Source of the DNA: Candidatus Versatilivorator sp.
GTDB taxonomy: Bacteria; Acidobacteriota; Terriglobia; Versatilivoradales; Versatilivoraceae
Direction: 5' to 3'
NCBI GenBank assembly: GCA_965207735.1
Contig: OZ242296.1
Location: 2,304,001-2,368,000, forward strand
DNA length: 64,000 bases
A model generated the notes under the pieces. The model saw only the letters and a list, made by a program, of their open reading frames with translations, searched no databases and had not been told where the DNA came from. Position numbers and translations under genes: made by a program. Shown here in pieces: positions 38,109 to 47,888 of this stretch; the stretch's first letter is position 1; the number at the start of each line of letters is the position of its first letter.

Positions 38109-38821
38109 TAGGAACCTCCCCGCTTCAGAAAGTAGTCAATCAGCTCTGATGAGGAATTGTCCATCTCGACGCCAAAGGCTTCCATCTTGCCATTGAAGTA
38201 GTTGAACATCCAAATGGCGGGAATCGCCACGAAGAGACCCAGCGCGGTGGCGATGAGCGCTTCGGAAATGCCGCCGGCCACGGCGGAAAGACCCGTGGTC
38301 TTGGCCGTGGACATCCCCTGGAAGGCGTTGATAATGCCCACCACCGTCCCGAACAACCCCACGAAGGGAGCCGTGCTTCCGATGGTGGCCAGCCCGGGGA
38401 CACCCCGCTTCAACTCAGCGTTGGTGATGGCGGTGGATCGATCCAGGGCGCGCTTGGAAGCTTCAACAGTCGCTGCCGACGTTGTGCTCCCCGACGACTG
38501 ATACTCCTGCAGTCCGGCGATCACCACTTTTGCCAGATGGCTCTTCTGGTTCTGCTCGGCCACGTCGATGGCTTCGCCGATCTTGCCTTCCTGCAGGCAG
38601 CCGGCGACCAGCGGGGCAAACTCGCGGGACTGTTTGCGGGCCGCGTTGAAGGCCAAGTACCGGTCGATCATGACCCCGATCGACCAGGCCGACATGATGG
38701 CCAGAACGATCAGGGTCGCCTTGGCCGTCGGCCCGGAAGCATTCCACATATCCATGAAGGAAAAGCCCACTTCGCCTTGAAGCAGGGATACCGCCAACAA
38801 GTTCAAAGGAACGGACATCAT
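38108..38821 (-). CDS. exbB: MotA/TolQ/ExbB proton channel
   Basis: LATIGSTAPFVGLFGTV.GI and GISEALIATA.GL.VAIPA. Confidence 0.93.
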   Translation of the reverse strand: MMSVPLNLLAVSLLQGEVGFSFMDMWNASGPTAKATLIVLAIMSAWSIGVMIDRYLAFNAARKQSREFAPLVAGCLQEGKIGEAIDVAEQNQKSHLAKVVIAGLQEYQSSGSTTSAATVEASKRALDRSTAITNAELKRGVPGLATIGSTAPFVGLFGTVVGIINAFQGMSTAKTTGLSAVAGGISEALIATALGLFVAIPAIWMFNYFNGKMEAFGVEMDNSSSELIDYFLKRGGS

Positions 38822-38876
38822 GGGATTACTACCTCCTCGGTTCTCTCACAATTTGGATCTTGCCGATAGGCAAACG

Positions 38877-39638
38877 TCACCCTCTCAAGTTGAAGTTCAC
38901 CGTAATGCGGGTGATGACTTCAACCGGCACTCCATTCAACACGGTCGGCTTGTAGCGCCACTGCTTGACGGCCTCCAGCGCCGACTGAATCAACAGTGGG
39001 TGTCCCTTGACCACCCGCAGATTTTCCACGGAACCCCGCTTGCTGATGACCGCCTCCAGAACGACCGTGCCCTGGATGCGAGCCTGCTTGGCCAGCGCCG
39101 GGTAGCGCGGGCGCACCTGGCGGATCAGGTTGGCGCGTTGCACGTTGCCGCCCACCCGTATGCGTTGGGGAGGCTTGGGCGGAGGCGGTGGGGGGGGCGG
39201 GGGCGGGGGCGCCAGAGAGGTCGGAGCGCCGCCGATCACACCGCCGACCACGCCTCCAAGGACACCGCCCGGGACTCCTCCCGGAACTCCGCCGACCACG
39301 CCGGCGACCATGGCTTCGGGAGCAGGGCCCTCATCCACCACCATGAGGATGTCCTGAGGTATTTCCACCGGGGCCGTGAAATCGGTGACCGGAGTGGTTC
39401 TGACTCGCTTGACCACTTCCGTCGCCGCCGGGGGCGGCGGGGGGGGCGGGGGGGGCGGCGGGGGCGCCACCAGCATAGTGAGCTGTGAACCGACTCCCCC
39501 CAGGGTTTCCGGAAAAAGCATCGGCAGGATGATCGCGAACACGATCAGCACCACGTGAAAAACCACCGAAACGGTGAGGACAACAGACTTTTTCTTGGTC
39601 GTGCCGGATTCCTGCGCATCGGCCAACTGGTCAAACAT
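38877..39638 (-). CDS. tonB: Energy transducer TonB
   Basis: TM segment with S...H, poly-Pro tracts, YP..A.QARIQGTV and AVKQWRYKP. Confidence 0.92.
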   Translation of the reverse strand: MFDQLADAQESGTTKKKSVVLTVSVVFHVVLIVFAIILPMLFPETLGGVGSQLTMLVAPPPPPPPPPPPPAATEVVKRVRTTPVTDFTAPVEIPQDILMVVDEGPAPEAMVAGVVGGVPGGVPGGVLGGVVGGVIGGAPTSLAPPPPPPPPPPPKPPQRIRVGGNVQRANLIRQVRPRYPALAKQARIQGTVVLEAVISKRGSVENLRVVKGHPLLIQSALEAVKQWRYKPTVLNGVPVEVITRITVNFNLRG

Positions 39639-39815
39639 GGTTAAACCTCCCTTCCCAAGCCGAACCGGCTGAGCCGGAAAACCTTCTCCGACTTGAGATT
39701 GGCTTCAAACGACGAAGAAAGAGGACGATACCTCCGTGCAACGATACCGCAGTTGGGTGGAGTGAAGTCAAGACTCTAACACAAAAAAAAAGACCGGTCC
39801 ATTGTGCAACGGCGG

Positions 39816-41021
39816 TCACGCCCTGGCAGCCCGCGCCACCCTTCTTCTCCGCGCCTGAAAATCATACCAGATGACCAGCAGCTGACTGGCCACTCCGATG
39901 GAGGAATAGGTCCCCACGGCCACCCCGATCACCAGGCAGAAGGCGAAGCCGTTGATCACCTGGCCCCCGAAATAATAGAGCGAGAGCGCCGTGAGAAAGG
40001 TGGAGCCCGAAGTCAGCAGCGTACGACTCAACGTCTGATTGATGCTCCGATTGATGATCGAGGAAATCGATTCTCGACGGCGAAGCCTCAAATTCTCCCT
40101 GATTCTATCAAAGACCACAATGGTATCGTTCATGGAATATCCAACCAGGGTCAACAGGGCTGCGACCACCGGTATGGAAAGCTCGCGGTCGGCAAGGGAA
40201 AAGAACCCCAGGGTAATGATCACGTCGTGGAAGACCGCCACCACGGCCGCGGCCCCGTAGGCGGTGCCCTTGAACCTGAAAGCGATATAGACCAGCATCC
40301 CCAGCAACGCATAGAGGGTGGCGTTGATCGCCTGGCGCTGGAGGTTGCGCCCCACCTTGGGCCCGACGAACTCCGTCTGGAACACCGCGATATCGCCCAG
40401 AAAGGCCTGCTCCTTAACGCTGGCCAGCAGGCGCGGGCTCATCCCTTCCACCGATTCCAGCTCCTGAAAGGAACCGATGATGCCCCCGTTGCGGTCCCGG
40501 TAGTCGGTCACCGCTCGCGCCAGTTCCCCGGGCGTCTTGAATGCCGGGCTCTCATCGGACTCCAGCAGGGAGGTGAGCCCGGCAACGCCGCTCAGGCGGT
40601 CTTCTATCTCATCGGGGGCCGCATTGTTGAGGTCGATCTTGCCCTCGCTCCCGGGAGACGATCCAAAGGCGCTTTGCAGCCCCTCCAGAATGCGTACCCG
40701 CCCGGCATCGGTGTCGGGGCCGACCTCGCCCTCCCGCTGGCCCAGGCCGATGATGACTTCATTCCTTTCCGGGACGTCATAGCGCTGTATGGTGCTGCCG
40801 CTCAATCCCTGCTCGGAGAGAGCCGTCCGAATTCTGCCCAGGTCGGGGGATTCCTTGAACTTGACATAGACCAGGGTGCCGCCGCGAAAATCGATTCCGT
40901 AGCGGGGGCCGCCCTTCAAGTAAAGGGTTGCCAGGCTGGCGGCGATCAGCAGCACGGAGAGGATCAACCACTGCCGTTTCCGGCCGATCCAGTCGATGTT
41001 GACGTCTTTCAGCAACTGCAT
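39816..41021 (-). CDS. secF: Protein translocase SecF with a periplasmic HhH-like insert
   Basis: GIDFRGGT, VGPKVG, HDVII, GYSMNDTIVVFDRIRE, TLSRT and GTYSS. Confidence 0.95.
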   Translation of the reverse strand: MQLLKDVNIDWIGRKRQWLILSVLLIAASLATLYLKGGPRYGIDFRGGTLVYVKFKESPDLGRIRTALSEQGLSGSTIQRYDVPERNEVIIGLGQREGEVGPDTDAGRVRILEGLQSAFGSSPGSEGKIDLNNAAPDEIEDRLSGVAGLTSLLESDESPAFKTPGELARAVTDYRDRNGGIIGSFQELESVEGMSPRLLASVKEQAFLGDIAVFQTEFVGPKVGRNLQRQAINATLYALLGMLVYIAFRFKGTAYGAAAVVAVFHDVIITLGFFSLADRELSIPVVAALLTLVGYSMNDTIVVFDRIRENLRLRRRESISSIINRSINQTLSRTLLTSGSTFLTALSLYYFGGQVINGFAFCLVIGVAVGTYSSIGVASQLLVIWYDFQARRRRVARAARA

Positions 41022-41161
41022 GAGTTACGTTTTCTCCCGGAGTCCGGGGGCTCGAATATCGTTGCCGTCTCCCCCTTGGACACCGTCCCTCCCCTGAATG
41101 TTCCCAAAAGATGGGACCGGGTCCGAAGCCCGGCCCGGAGCCGCCCGCCGGAATTTCCGGC

Positions 41162-42769
41162 CTAGATGCTCAGGCTTTCCCTGCGCCGGCGGCTCAAGAT
41201 GAACTCGAAGATAAATCGAGAGACGAAGATCGCGGTAAACAGATTGGCCAGCAGCCCCCAGAAGAGGACCACCGCGAAGCCTTTGACCGGCCCGGTTCCG
41301 AACAGAAACAGGAACAGGACTGCGACCACCGTGGTCACGTTGGCGTCCACGATGGTGAGGATGGCTTTGCTGAATCCGGTGCCGACCGATGAGACCACGG
41401 TCTTCCCCGCCCACATTTCTTCCTTGATGCGCTCGAAGATCAGCACATTGGAATCCACGGCCATGCCGATCAACAGCACCACCCCCGCGATTCCGGGCAG
41501 CGTCAGGGTGGCTGAGATATAGACCATGGCCGCCAGCAGAATCACCAGGTTCAGGAGAAGCGCGTTGATGGCGATAAATCCCGAGAGGCGGTAGTAGGTC
41601 ACCATGAACAGGGCCACTCCGACCAATCCGATCAGGGAGGCCATGATTCCCTGCCGAATGGAGTCGACCCCCAGGGAAGCTCCCACGGTGCGCTCCTCCA
41701 TGTAGTCCATGGAGGCCGGCAGGGCGCCCGACCGCAGCACCAAAGCCAGGTCGTTGGCCTCCTGGCTGGTAAAACTCCCTGTGATTTCGCCCGAATCGGT
41801 GATTCTGCCCTGGATGGTGGGAGCCGATTGCACCCGGCCGTCGAGCACGATCGCCAACCGCTTCTGGATGTTCTCGGAAGTGACTCTCCCGAAACGCGTG
41901 GCGCCGTCGTTGGTCAGACTGAAGCCCACCGCGGGCCGGCCGAACTGGTCGTTCTGGGGGCGGGCCATGCGCAGGTCCCGTCCGGTGATGGCCGCCGATC
42001 GGTTGGCGACGTACCAGGCCTGGGTGGGCTCGGAGGCGTCCCGGAACTGAGGAACCCCCTGCAGCAACTCCTTGCCATCGGGGATGACGCCGTTGTACTG
42101 CTCCAGGGCCGCGGCCCGCGAGGGATAGACATCCTGCGGCTCCACGATCTTCAGCTCGAGCAGGGCGGTGGACTTGATGATTTCGCGCACCCGAACCGAG
42201 TCGTCCACCCCGGGAAGCTGGACCAGGATCTGGTACTCGGTAGCGGGACCGTGGTTCTGGATGACCGGCTCGGTGACCCCCAGCTCGTCCACGCGGTTGC
42301 GAATCCTCTGAATCGCTTCCTGCACGGCGCTTTGCCGGATCTGTCCCTCCACCTCCGGCCTCAGGCTCAGCAGGAAGGAATCGGAGGAGCCGGATCGATT
42401 GCTGCGTTGCCAGGCCGGATAGCCCTCGTCGATCACTACCCGCACGTCGACCAGGCGGTCCGGGTCCACCTCCAGAACTTCGATATGGGTGGAGTCCCTG
42501 CGGCGGATTTCGCCAAAGGAGATCTCCTGATCGCGAAAACTCCGCTTGATCCGCTCCACCAACTGGTCGGTCTCGATAGTGAGCGCGTCCCCCGTGTTGA
42601 CCTGCAGAATCAGGTGCATCCCGCCCCGGAGATCGAGACCCAGTCGGATGCGGTCGCGCAGATTCTGCAGCAGGGCATCCCCGCTGGTGGGCAACCCGAT
42701 GATGCCCACTACGCACGCCAGGAGCACGGCCAATATGGTGAAGAACCTCCACCGAAGCTTCCTGGGCAT
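41162..42769 (-). CDS. secD: Protein translocase SecD
   Basis: LGLDLRGG, RVDELGV.EP, LRSGALP, LTLPGIAG and GMAVDSNVLIFERIKEE. Confidence 0.96.
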   Translation of the reverse strand: MPRKLRWRFFTILAVLLACVVGIIGLPTSGDALLQNLRDRIRLGLDLRGGMHLILQVNTGDALTIETDQLVERIKRSFRDQEISFGEIRRRDSTHIEVLEVDPDRLVDVRVVIDEGYPAWQRSNRSGSSDSFLLSLRPEVEGQIRQSAVQEAIQRIRNRVDELGVTEPVIQNHGPATEYQILVQLPGVDDSVRVREIIKSTALLELKIVEPQDVYPSRAAALEQYNGVIPDGKELLQGVPQFRDASEPTQAWYVANRSAAITGRDLRMARPQNDQFGRPAVGFSLTNDGATRFGRVTSENIQKRLAIVLDGRVQSAPTIQGRITDSGEITGSFTSQEANDLALVLRSGALPASMDYMEERTVGASLGVDSIRQGIMASLIGLVGVALFMVTYYRLSGFIAINALLLNLVILLAAMVYISATLTLPGIAGVVLLIGMAVDSNVLIFERIKEEMWAGKTVVSSVGTGFSKAILTIVDANVTTVVAVLFLFLFGTGPVKGFAVVLFWGLLANLFTAIFVSRFIFEFILSRRRRESLSI

Positions 42770-42812
42770 GATTCCCTGACCCCCGGAAGATTACCGATTG
42801 AGCGACGGACGC

Positions 42813-43115
42813 TCACTCGTCTTCCGACTGTTTGGAGACTATAGCGTTTCTGGAGATTTCAATCTTGACCTGATCGGCGACGCGGAGGTGGACCCGATCT
42901 TCCTTCATGCCGGCGACAATACCATAGATCCCACCTGAAGTGACGACCTTGTCGCCGTTACGCAGGTCCTTGAGCATTTCCTGCAGAGCCTTCTGCCGCT
43001 TCCGCTGGGGGCGAAAGACGATGAAATAGAAGATGAGGAAAATGGCGGCGATGGGCAACAGGGCCCCAATAGTGCTCCCTTGCCCATTGGCGGCCAGAAG
43101 AGCCAAAGTTGACAT
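42813..43115 (-). CDS. yajC: Preprotein translocase YajC
   Basis: FYFIVFRPQ and GDKVVTSGGIYG. Confidence 0.95.
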   Translation of the reverse strand: MSTLALLAANGQGSTIGALLPIAAIFLIFYFIVFRPQRKRQKALQEMLKDLRNGDKVVTSGGIYGIVAGMKEDRVHLRVADQVKIEISRNAIVSKQSEDE

Positions 43116-43289
43116 GGATGCGACTCCAAAGGTTTCAGGGGAATTGCCGACTCGAGAAGGGTGAGGTCAGTAGTGAATCCCGCCGGGCAGCCCGCGGTCG
43201 CAGGATCCCCGAACGGCTCCGTTCAGAGGCGTTCTCCAGAGGGCGCCGACCAGCTTGGAAGCACCGGGTTCATTCCTGGAACCGGCCCG

Positions 43290-44417
43290 TCAACCGGCAT
43301 CTCCCCGATCGGCACGTTCCAGCAGGTACTCCCGCAGTCTGAAGGACGCGATAGCATCCCTGATCTCCCTCATGGTGTCAAGATAAAAGTAGAGGTTGTG
43401 ATGGGTGTTGAGCACGGCCGAGAGCACTTCGTTGGACTGGTACAGGTGCCTGAGATAGGCTCGACTGTAGCGCCTGCACACCATGCATCCACACCCCTCG
43501 TCGATGGGCCTTTCGTCGTCCGCGTAGCGGGCGTGCTTGATCACCAGGTGGCCGCCCCGGGTGAACAGCCAGCCGTTGCGGCCGTTGCGGGTGGGCAGCA
43601 CGCAGTCGAACATGTCCACCCCCAGTGCCACGCACTCCACCAGATCCCGCGGAGTGCCCACTCCCATGAGATAACGCGGCCTGGCCTCGGGCAAGTCTTC
43701 CGTGCATTGCTCCACCATTTCCAGCATGGCGCCGCGGGGCTCTCCCACCGACAGACCGCCCAGGGCGAACCCGGGAAAGTCCATCTCGACCAGCCTCCGG
43801 TTGCACTCTCGGCGCAACTCCAGGTGAGTTCCTCCCTGGCCGATCCCGAACAACCACTGGCCGTGGGGAAGAGAGTCCTGCCGGGGGCGGTCCGCCGCCG
43901 CCCTGGACCGCAGCGCCCAGCGCAGGGTGCGCTCCATCGATTCCCGGGCCGCTTTCGCCTCCAGCGGATAGGAGGGGCATTCGTCAAAAGCCATCATGAT
44001 GTCGGCTCCCAGAACCCTCTGGATCTCGACCGACTTCTCGGGGGAGAGGAAATGAGCCGAGCCGTCCAGATGGGAGCGAAAGGAAACCCCCTCTTCCTCG
44101 ATAGTGCGCAGGCGGCTCTGGCTGAAGACCTGGAACCCGCCGCTGTCGGTCAACAGCGGCCGGTTCCAGGACATGAAGCGGTGAAGGCCCCCCAGGCGTC
44201 CGATCAGCTCGTGGCCGGGCCGCAGGTAGAGATGATAGGTGTTCCCCAGAATCACCTCGGCGCCCAGCTCTTCCAACTGGTCCTGAGTGATGGCCTTGAC
44301 GGTGCCGGCGGTGCCCACCGGCATGAAGACCGGCGTGAGGATCTCACCGTGGTCGGTAACGATCTTGCCCAGTCGCGCCCGAGTGGTCGAGTCCCGGGCA
44401 AGCAGCTTGAATTCCAT
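43290..44417 (-). CDS. tgt: tRNA-guanine transglycosylase
   Basis: TPVFMPVGT, NTYHL, TDSGGFQVFS, YLMGVG, DMFDCVLPTR and Zn-binding CxCxxC...H. Confidence 0.97.
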   Translation of the reverse strand: MEFKLLARDSTTRARLGKIVTDHGEILTPVFMPVGTAGTVKAITQDQLEELGAEVILGNTYHLYLRPGHELIGRLGGLHRFMSWNRPLLTDSGGFQVFSQSRLRTIEEEGVSFRSHLDGSAHFLSPEKSVEIQRVLGADIMMAFDECPSYPLEAKAARESMERTLRWALRSRAAADRPRQDSLPHGQWLFGIGQGGTHLELRRECNRRLVEMDFPGFALGGLSVGEPRGAMLEMVEQCTEDLPEARPRYLMGVGTPRDLVECVALGVDMFDCVLPTRNGRNGWLFTRGGHLVIKHARYADDERPIDEGCGCMVCRRYSRAYLRHLYQSNEVLSAVLNTHHNLYFYLDTMREIRDAIASFRLREYLLERADRGDAG

Positions 44418-44424
44418 GGCCTGA

Positions 44425-46017
44425 CTAGATCTGCGGGTTCTCCTGGTGTTCTCCGAAGATGGCTCTCAATCGGTCGGAAATCTCCCCCAGGGTGACCTGG
44501 CGCTCCACTGCCCGGATCATGACCGGGAGGAGGTTCTCCCCGCTTGCGGCCGCTGCGGCGATGGAGTCCAGGGCACGGTCGGCAGCCTTGGAATCCCGCG
44601 AATCCCGCACCCTCGCCAGCCGCTCCTTTTGTTCCCTTTCTATGCCGGGGTCGATGCGATGGATCTCGATCCCGGGGCGGTCTTCCGAAACGAAGCGGTT
44701 GACCCCCACGATGGTGTGTTCACCGGTTTCCACCGAACGCTGGTAGCGGTAGGAAGACTCCTGAATCTCGCGCTGGACGAATCCCTGGGAGATAGCCTCC
44801 AGCATGCCGCCCATGGCCTCGATCCGAGCCAGGTACTCCCGGGCCCCTTTCTCCAGGGCGGTAGTGAGAGCCTCCACCGCAAAGGAACCCGCCAGCGGAT
44901 CGGCCACCTCGGCCACTCCGCTCTCGTAGGCAATCACCTGCTGGGTCTGCAGCGCCAGCCCCGCGGCCTCCTCGGTGGGCAGCGACAGGGCTTCGTCCCG
45001 AGAGTTGGTGTGGAGCGACTGGGTCCCTCCCAACACGGCGGCCAGAGCCTGCAGGGAAACCCGGACCGTGTTCACCTCCGGCTGTTGAGCCGTCAGAGTA
45101 CTTCCCGCCGTCTGTGCATGGAAGCGCAGCATCCAGGACCTGGGATTACGGGCTCCGAAACGCTCCTTCATGATTTTGGACCACAAGCGCCGGGCCGCCC
45201 GGAACTTGGCCACTTCCTCCAGGAAGTGGTTGTGGACGTTGAAGAAAAAGGAAATCCTGGGGGCGAAGGCATCGATGGCCAGACCCGACTCGAGACAGGC
45301 CTCCACGTAGGCGATGGCGTTGCCCAGAGTGAATGCCAGCTCCTGGACGGCCGAAGACCCGGCCTCGCGGATGTGGTAGCCACTCACCGAGATCGGATTC
45401 CATTGCGGAAGGTTCCGGCTGCAGTAGCCGATGAGGTCGGTAACCAGTCGCATGGAAGCCGCGGGAGGATAGATGTAGGTTCCCCGAGCGATGTACTCCT
45501 TCAGAATGTCGTTTTGAATCGTCCCCGAGAGCCGCTCCGGCGGGACCTGGCGGCTTCGCGCCAGGGCGACCAGCAGGGCCAGCAGCACGGCGGCGGTGGC
45601 ATTGATGGTCATCGAGACCGAGACCCGGTCGAGCGGAATCCCCTGGAAAAGCTCCTCCATGTCGCGCAGACTGTCGATGGCCACGCCCGTGCGCCCGACC
45701 TCGCCGGCCGCCATGGCGGCATCGGAGTCCATACCCATCTGGGTGGGCAGATCGAAAGCCACCGAGAGTCCGGTCTGGCCCAGCCCCAAAAGGTACTTGT
45801 AACGGGCGTTGGACTCCCGGGCCGACCCGAAGCCGGCGTACTGCCTCATGGTCCAAAGGCGGTCCCGGTACATGCCGGGCCTGACCCCTCGGGTGAAGGG
45901 GTAGCTTCCCGGATCCCCCAGGTCCCGCCGGTAGTCGAAATCTGCGACGTGCCGGGGACCGAAGACGGAATCGAGCGGGATTCCGGAGGTCGTCTCGAAT
46001 TTGCGGTTGGCTGACAT
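44425..46017 (-). CDS. Methylmalonyl-CoA mutase-family large (catalytic) subunit
   Basis: [53 protein letters not shown] and QSLHTNS.DEA; no B12-binding domain. Confidence 0.93.
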   Translation of the reverse strand: MSANRKFETTSGIPLDSVFGPRHVADFDYRRDLGDPGSYPFTRGVRPGMYRDRLWTMRQYAGFGSARESNARYKYLLGLGQTGLSVAFDLPTQMGMDSDAAMAAGEVGRTGVAIDSLRDMEELFQGIPLDRVSVSMTINATAAVLLALLVALARSRQVPPERLSGTIQNDILKEYIARGTYIYPPAASMRLVTDLIGYCSRNLPQWNPISVSGYHIREAGSSAVQELAFTLGNAIAYVEACLESGLAIDAFAPRISFFFNVHNHFLEEVAKFRAARRLWSKIMKERFGARNPRSWMLRFHAQTAGSTLTAQQPEVNTVRVSLQALAAVLGGTQSLHTNSRDEALSLPTEEAAGLALQTQQVIAYESGVAEVADPLAGSFAVEALTTALEKGAREYLARIEAMGGMLEAISQGFVQREIQESSYRYQRSVETGEHTIVGVNRFVSEDRPGIEIHRIDPGIEREQKERLARVRDSRDSKAADRALDSIAAAAASGENLLPVMIRAVERQVTLGEISDRLRAIFGEHQENPQI

Positions 46018-46087
46018 CAGGCTGACTGACCCGGCCTGGAAGGGAGTCGGCCGGCAAGAGCCGGGGAGAGGAGAGCCGGACCGGGCC

Positions 46088-46348
46088 TCACTTCATCGAC
46101 CGGACCCGAATAAAGGAATGCACGGCAAAACCCAGCATAAGCAGGCCGAACAGGGCGAAGGAGCCCATCATGAAGTAGTCCTTGAACTCGAATACCTCTC
46201 TCTCCGAGATAAACTGGTATCCCCTCAGCAGCAGGAATCCTCCGAAAACGGCGAACAGAAATCCGGTCACCTCCAGGAAGAGCTTGTGAACGCTCCTGCC
46301 GACCTCCCCAAAGGACGATTTCACCCGTTCCAGCCAACTCCCGGCCAT
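46088..46348 (-). CDS. Small two-TM membrane protein
   Basis: Two hydrophobic helices; co-oriented upstream of the mutase gene. Confidence 0.6.
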   Translation of the reverse strand: MAGSWLERVKSSFGEVGRSVHKLFLEVTGFLFAVFGGFLLLRGYQFISEREVFEFKDYFMMGSFALFGLLMLGFAVHSFIRVRSMK

Positions 46349-46427
46349 GCCGTTTTCTCCAGTTCAAACCGGGGTTCATCATAGCACAGGGCAGGAGAGG
46401 GGATTTGGGCGGCTCAGGGACGGCCGG

Positions 46428-46527
46428 GGTTGAATTTTGGATTGCAGATTTTGGATTTTGGATTTGAGGCAACATCGGTCGTCGATCCTCTCAAATCCGC
46501 AATCAACAATCAGCAATCAACAATTCC
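46428..46527. repeat. Family-A heptamer-arm palindrome
   Basis: TTTTGGA-type arm, core, then AATCAAC arm ending AATCAACAATTC. Confidence 0.75.
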
Positions 46528-46591
46528 TTCCTGGTTGATCTTCCTGTCCGAGGGTCGCCCAAACCACCACCCCAGGGCCCGAGGCAGTTCC

Positions 46592-46621
46592 TTGACACCC
46601 CAGGACGCTTGGAAGTAACAT
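46592..46621 (+). promoter_or_regulatory. Putative sigma70 promoter of the long + strand cluster
   Basis: TTGACA-18 nt-TAACAT. Confidence 0.45.
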
Positions 46622-46721
46622 CGCTCAAGGGTAGGGATTCCGGAAGAGCCCCGAAGCAGACACTGTGATCAGCGGCCGGGAAGCAGGCAAAGGGCCGGTC
46701 AGGTGGGGACTGGTGGAGCCA

Positions 46722-47012
46722 ATGGACGAGCAGTTGAAGCGCATGATGAAGGAGTTGGGAGAAGCTATCAACGAAACCCTCTCGAGCTCGGAATCGATCA
46801 GCGGGGCCATCACTACCATCCGGAACTCCGGCTATGACGTCTTCCTGGTGCTGGAGGCCACCATCGGCTTCAACAAGAGGAGCGAAGAAGAACCCGAGGA
46901 GCCGGTCCTCATCGAAAGCGACGAGGTCGAAGCCAAGCTCAAAATCACCTCCCAGGACGTCAAGTTCCTGAAATCACTCAAGATCAGCGTCGAGGAATCG
47001 GAATCCCAGTAG
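46722..47012 (+). CDS. Conserved small hypothetical protein
   Basis: GGAG RBS and high-GC3 codon usage; LGEAINE.LS.SE.I...GYDVFLVLEATIGFN...D.KFLKSLKI. Confidence 0.75.
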   Translation: MDEQLKRMMKELGEAINETLSSSESISGAITTIRNSGYDVFLVLEATIGFNKRSEEEPEEPVLIESDEVEAKLKITSQDVKFLKSLKISVEESESQ

Positions 47013-47076
47013 GGCCCAGGGCTCCCCGCGCCGCGGAACCTCAATTCCGCCGGCTCGGAACAGGCGGAGGCCTCCC

Positions 47077-47880
47077 ATGCGGATCAAGCAATCGGTCTGC
47101 TTCCCGATGGTCAAGCCGCCCAGCCTCACCCTGGATGCCCTGTGCCAAGCCGCGGCCGGGATCGGCTACCCGGCGGTGGAGTTGTGGTACCGCGACGAGG
47201 ATTTCGAAGAAACGGTGGAGACCGCTCGCCGCCACCACCTGGAGGTGGCCTCGATGTCGGGTCACCGGAGCCTGACGGACGGCCTCAACCACCCCGACAA
47301 CCACGATCAGATCGAGCAGGAGCTGAGGGACTCCATCCGGCTGGCGGCAAAGCATCGGATTCCCGGACTGATCTGCTTTTCCGGGAACCGCCATCCCGGC
47401 GGCAGCGACTTTGAAGGCCTGGTCGCCTGCGCCCGGGGCTTGAAACGAGTGGCGCCCTACGCCGAAGAAAAAGGGGTCAATCTGAACCTGGAGCTGTTGA
47501 ATTCCAAGATCGATCACCCAGGCTATCAGTGCGACCGTCCGGACTGGGGAATCGCGGTCTGCGAAATGGTCGCCAGCCCCCGGGTGAAGTTGCTTTTCGA
47601 CATCTACCACATGCAGATCATGCAGGGCGACGTGATCCGAACCCTGCGCCAAACGATCGGTTACGTCGGCCACATCCACACCGCCGGAAATCCGGGACGG
47701 AACGAAATCGACCACACCCAGGAACTCAACTACGGCGCGATCTGCCGAGCGATTGCGGCAACCGCCTACGACGGATACGTGGGTCACGAATTCCTTCCCC
47801 TCGGCGATCCCCTGGAAGCCCTCCGCCAGGCCTTCCGGACCTGTGACCAGGGGCAGTCCCCCAGAGGCGGACCGGCCTGA
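47077..47880 (+). CDS. Hydroxypyruvate isomerase-like TIM barrel
   Basis: ELLNSK.DHPGY, KLLFDIYHMQIMQGD, HIHTAGNPGRNE and VGHEF. Confidence 0.88.
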   Translation: MRIKQSVCFPMVKPPSLTLDALCQAAAGIGYPAVELWYRDEDFEETVETARRHHLEVASMSGHRSLTDGLNHPDNHDQIEQELRDSIRLAAKHRIPGLICFSGNRHPGGSDFEGLVACARGLKRVAPYAEEKGVNLNLELLNSKIDHPGYQCDRPDWGIAVCEMVASPRVKLLFDIYHMQIMQGDVIRTLRQTIGYVGHIHTAGNPGRNEIDHTQELNYGAICRAIAATAYDGYVGHEFLPLGDPLEALRQAFRTCDQGQSPRGGPA

Positions 47881-47888
47881 AACCAGAT

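Noticed and set aside
39170-39470. Long G runs as phase-variation tracts or G-quadruplexes
   Set aside because: They encode the normal poly-proline spacers of TonB and the frame is intact.
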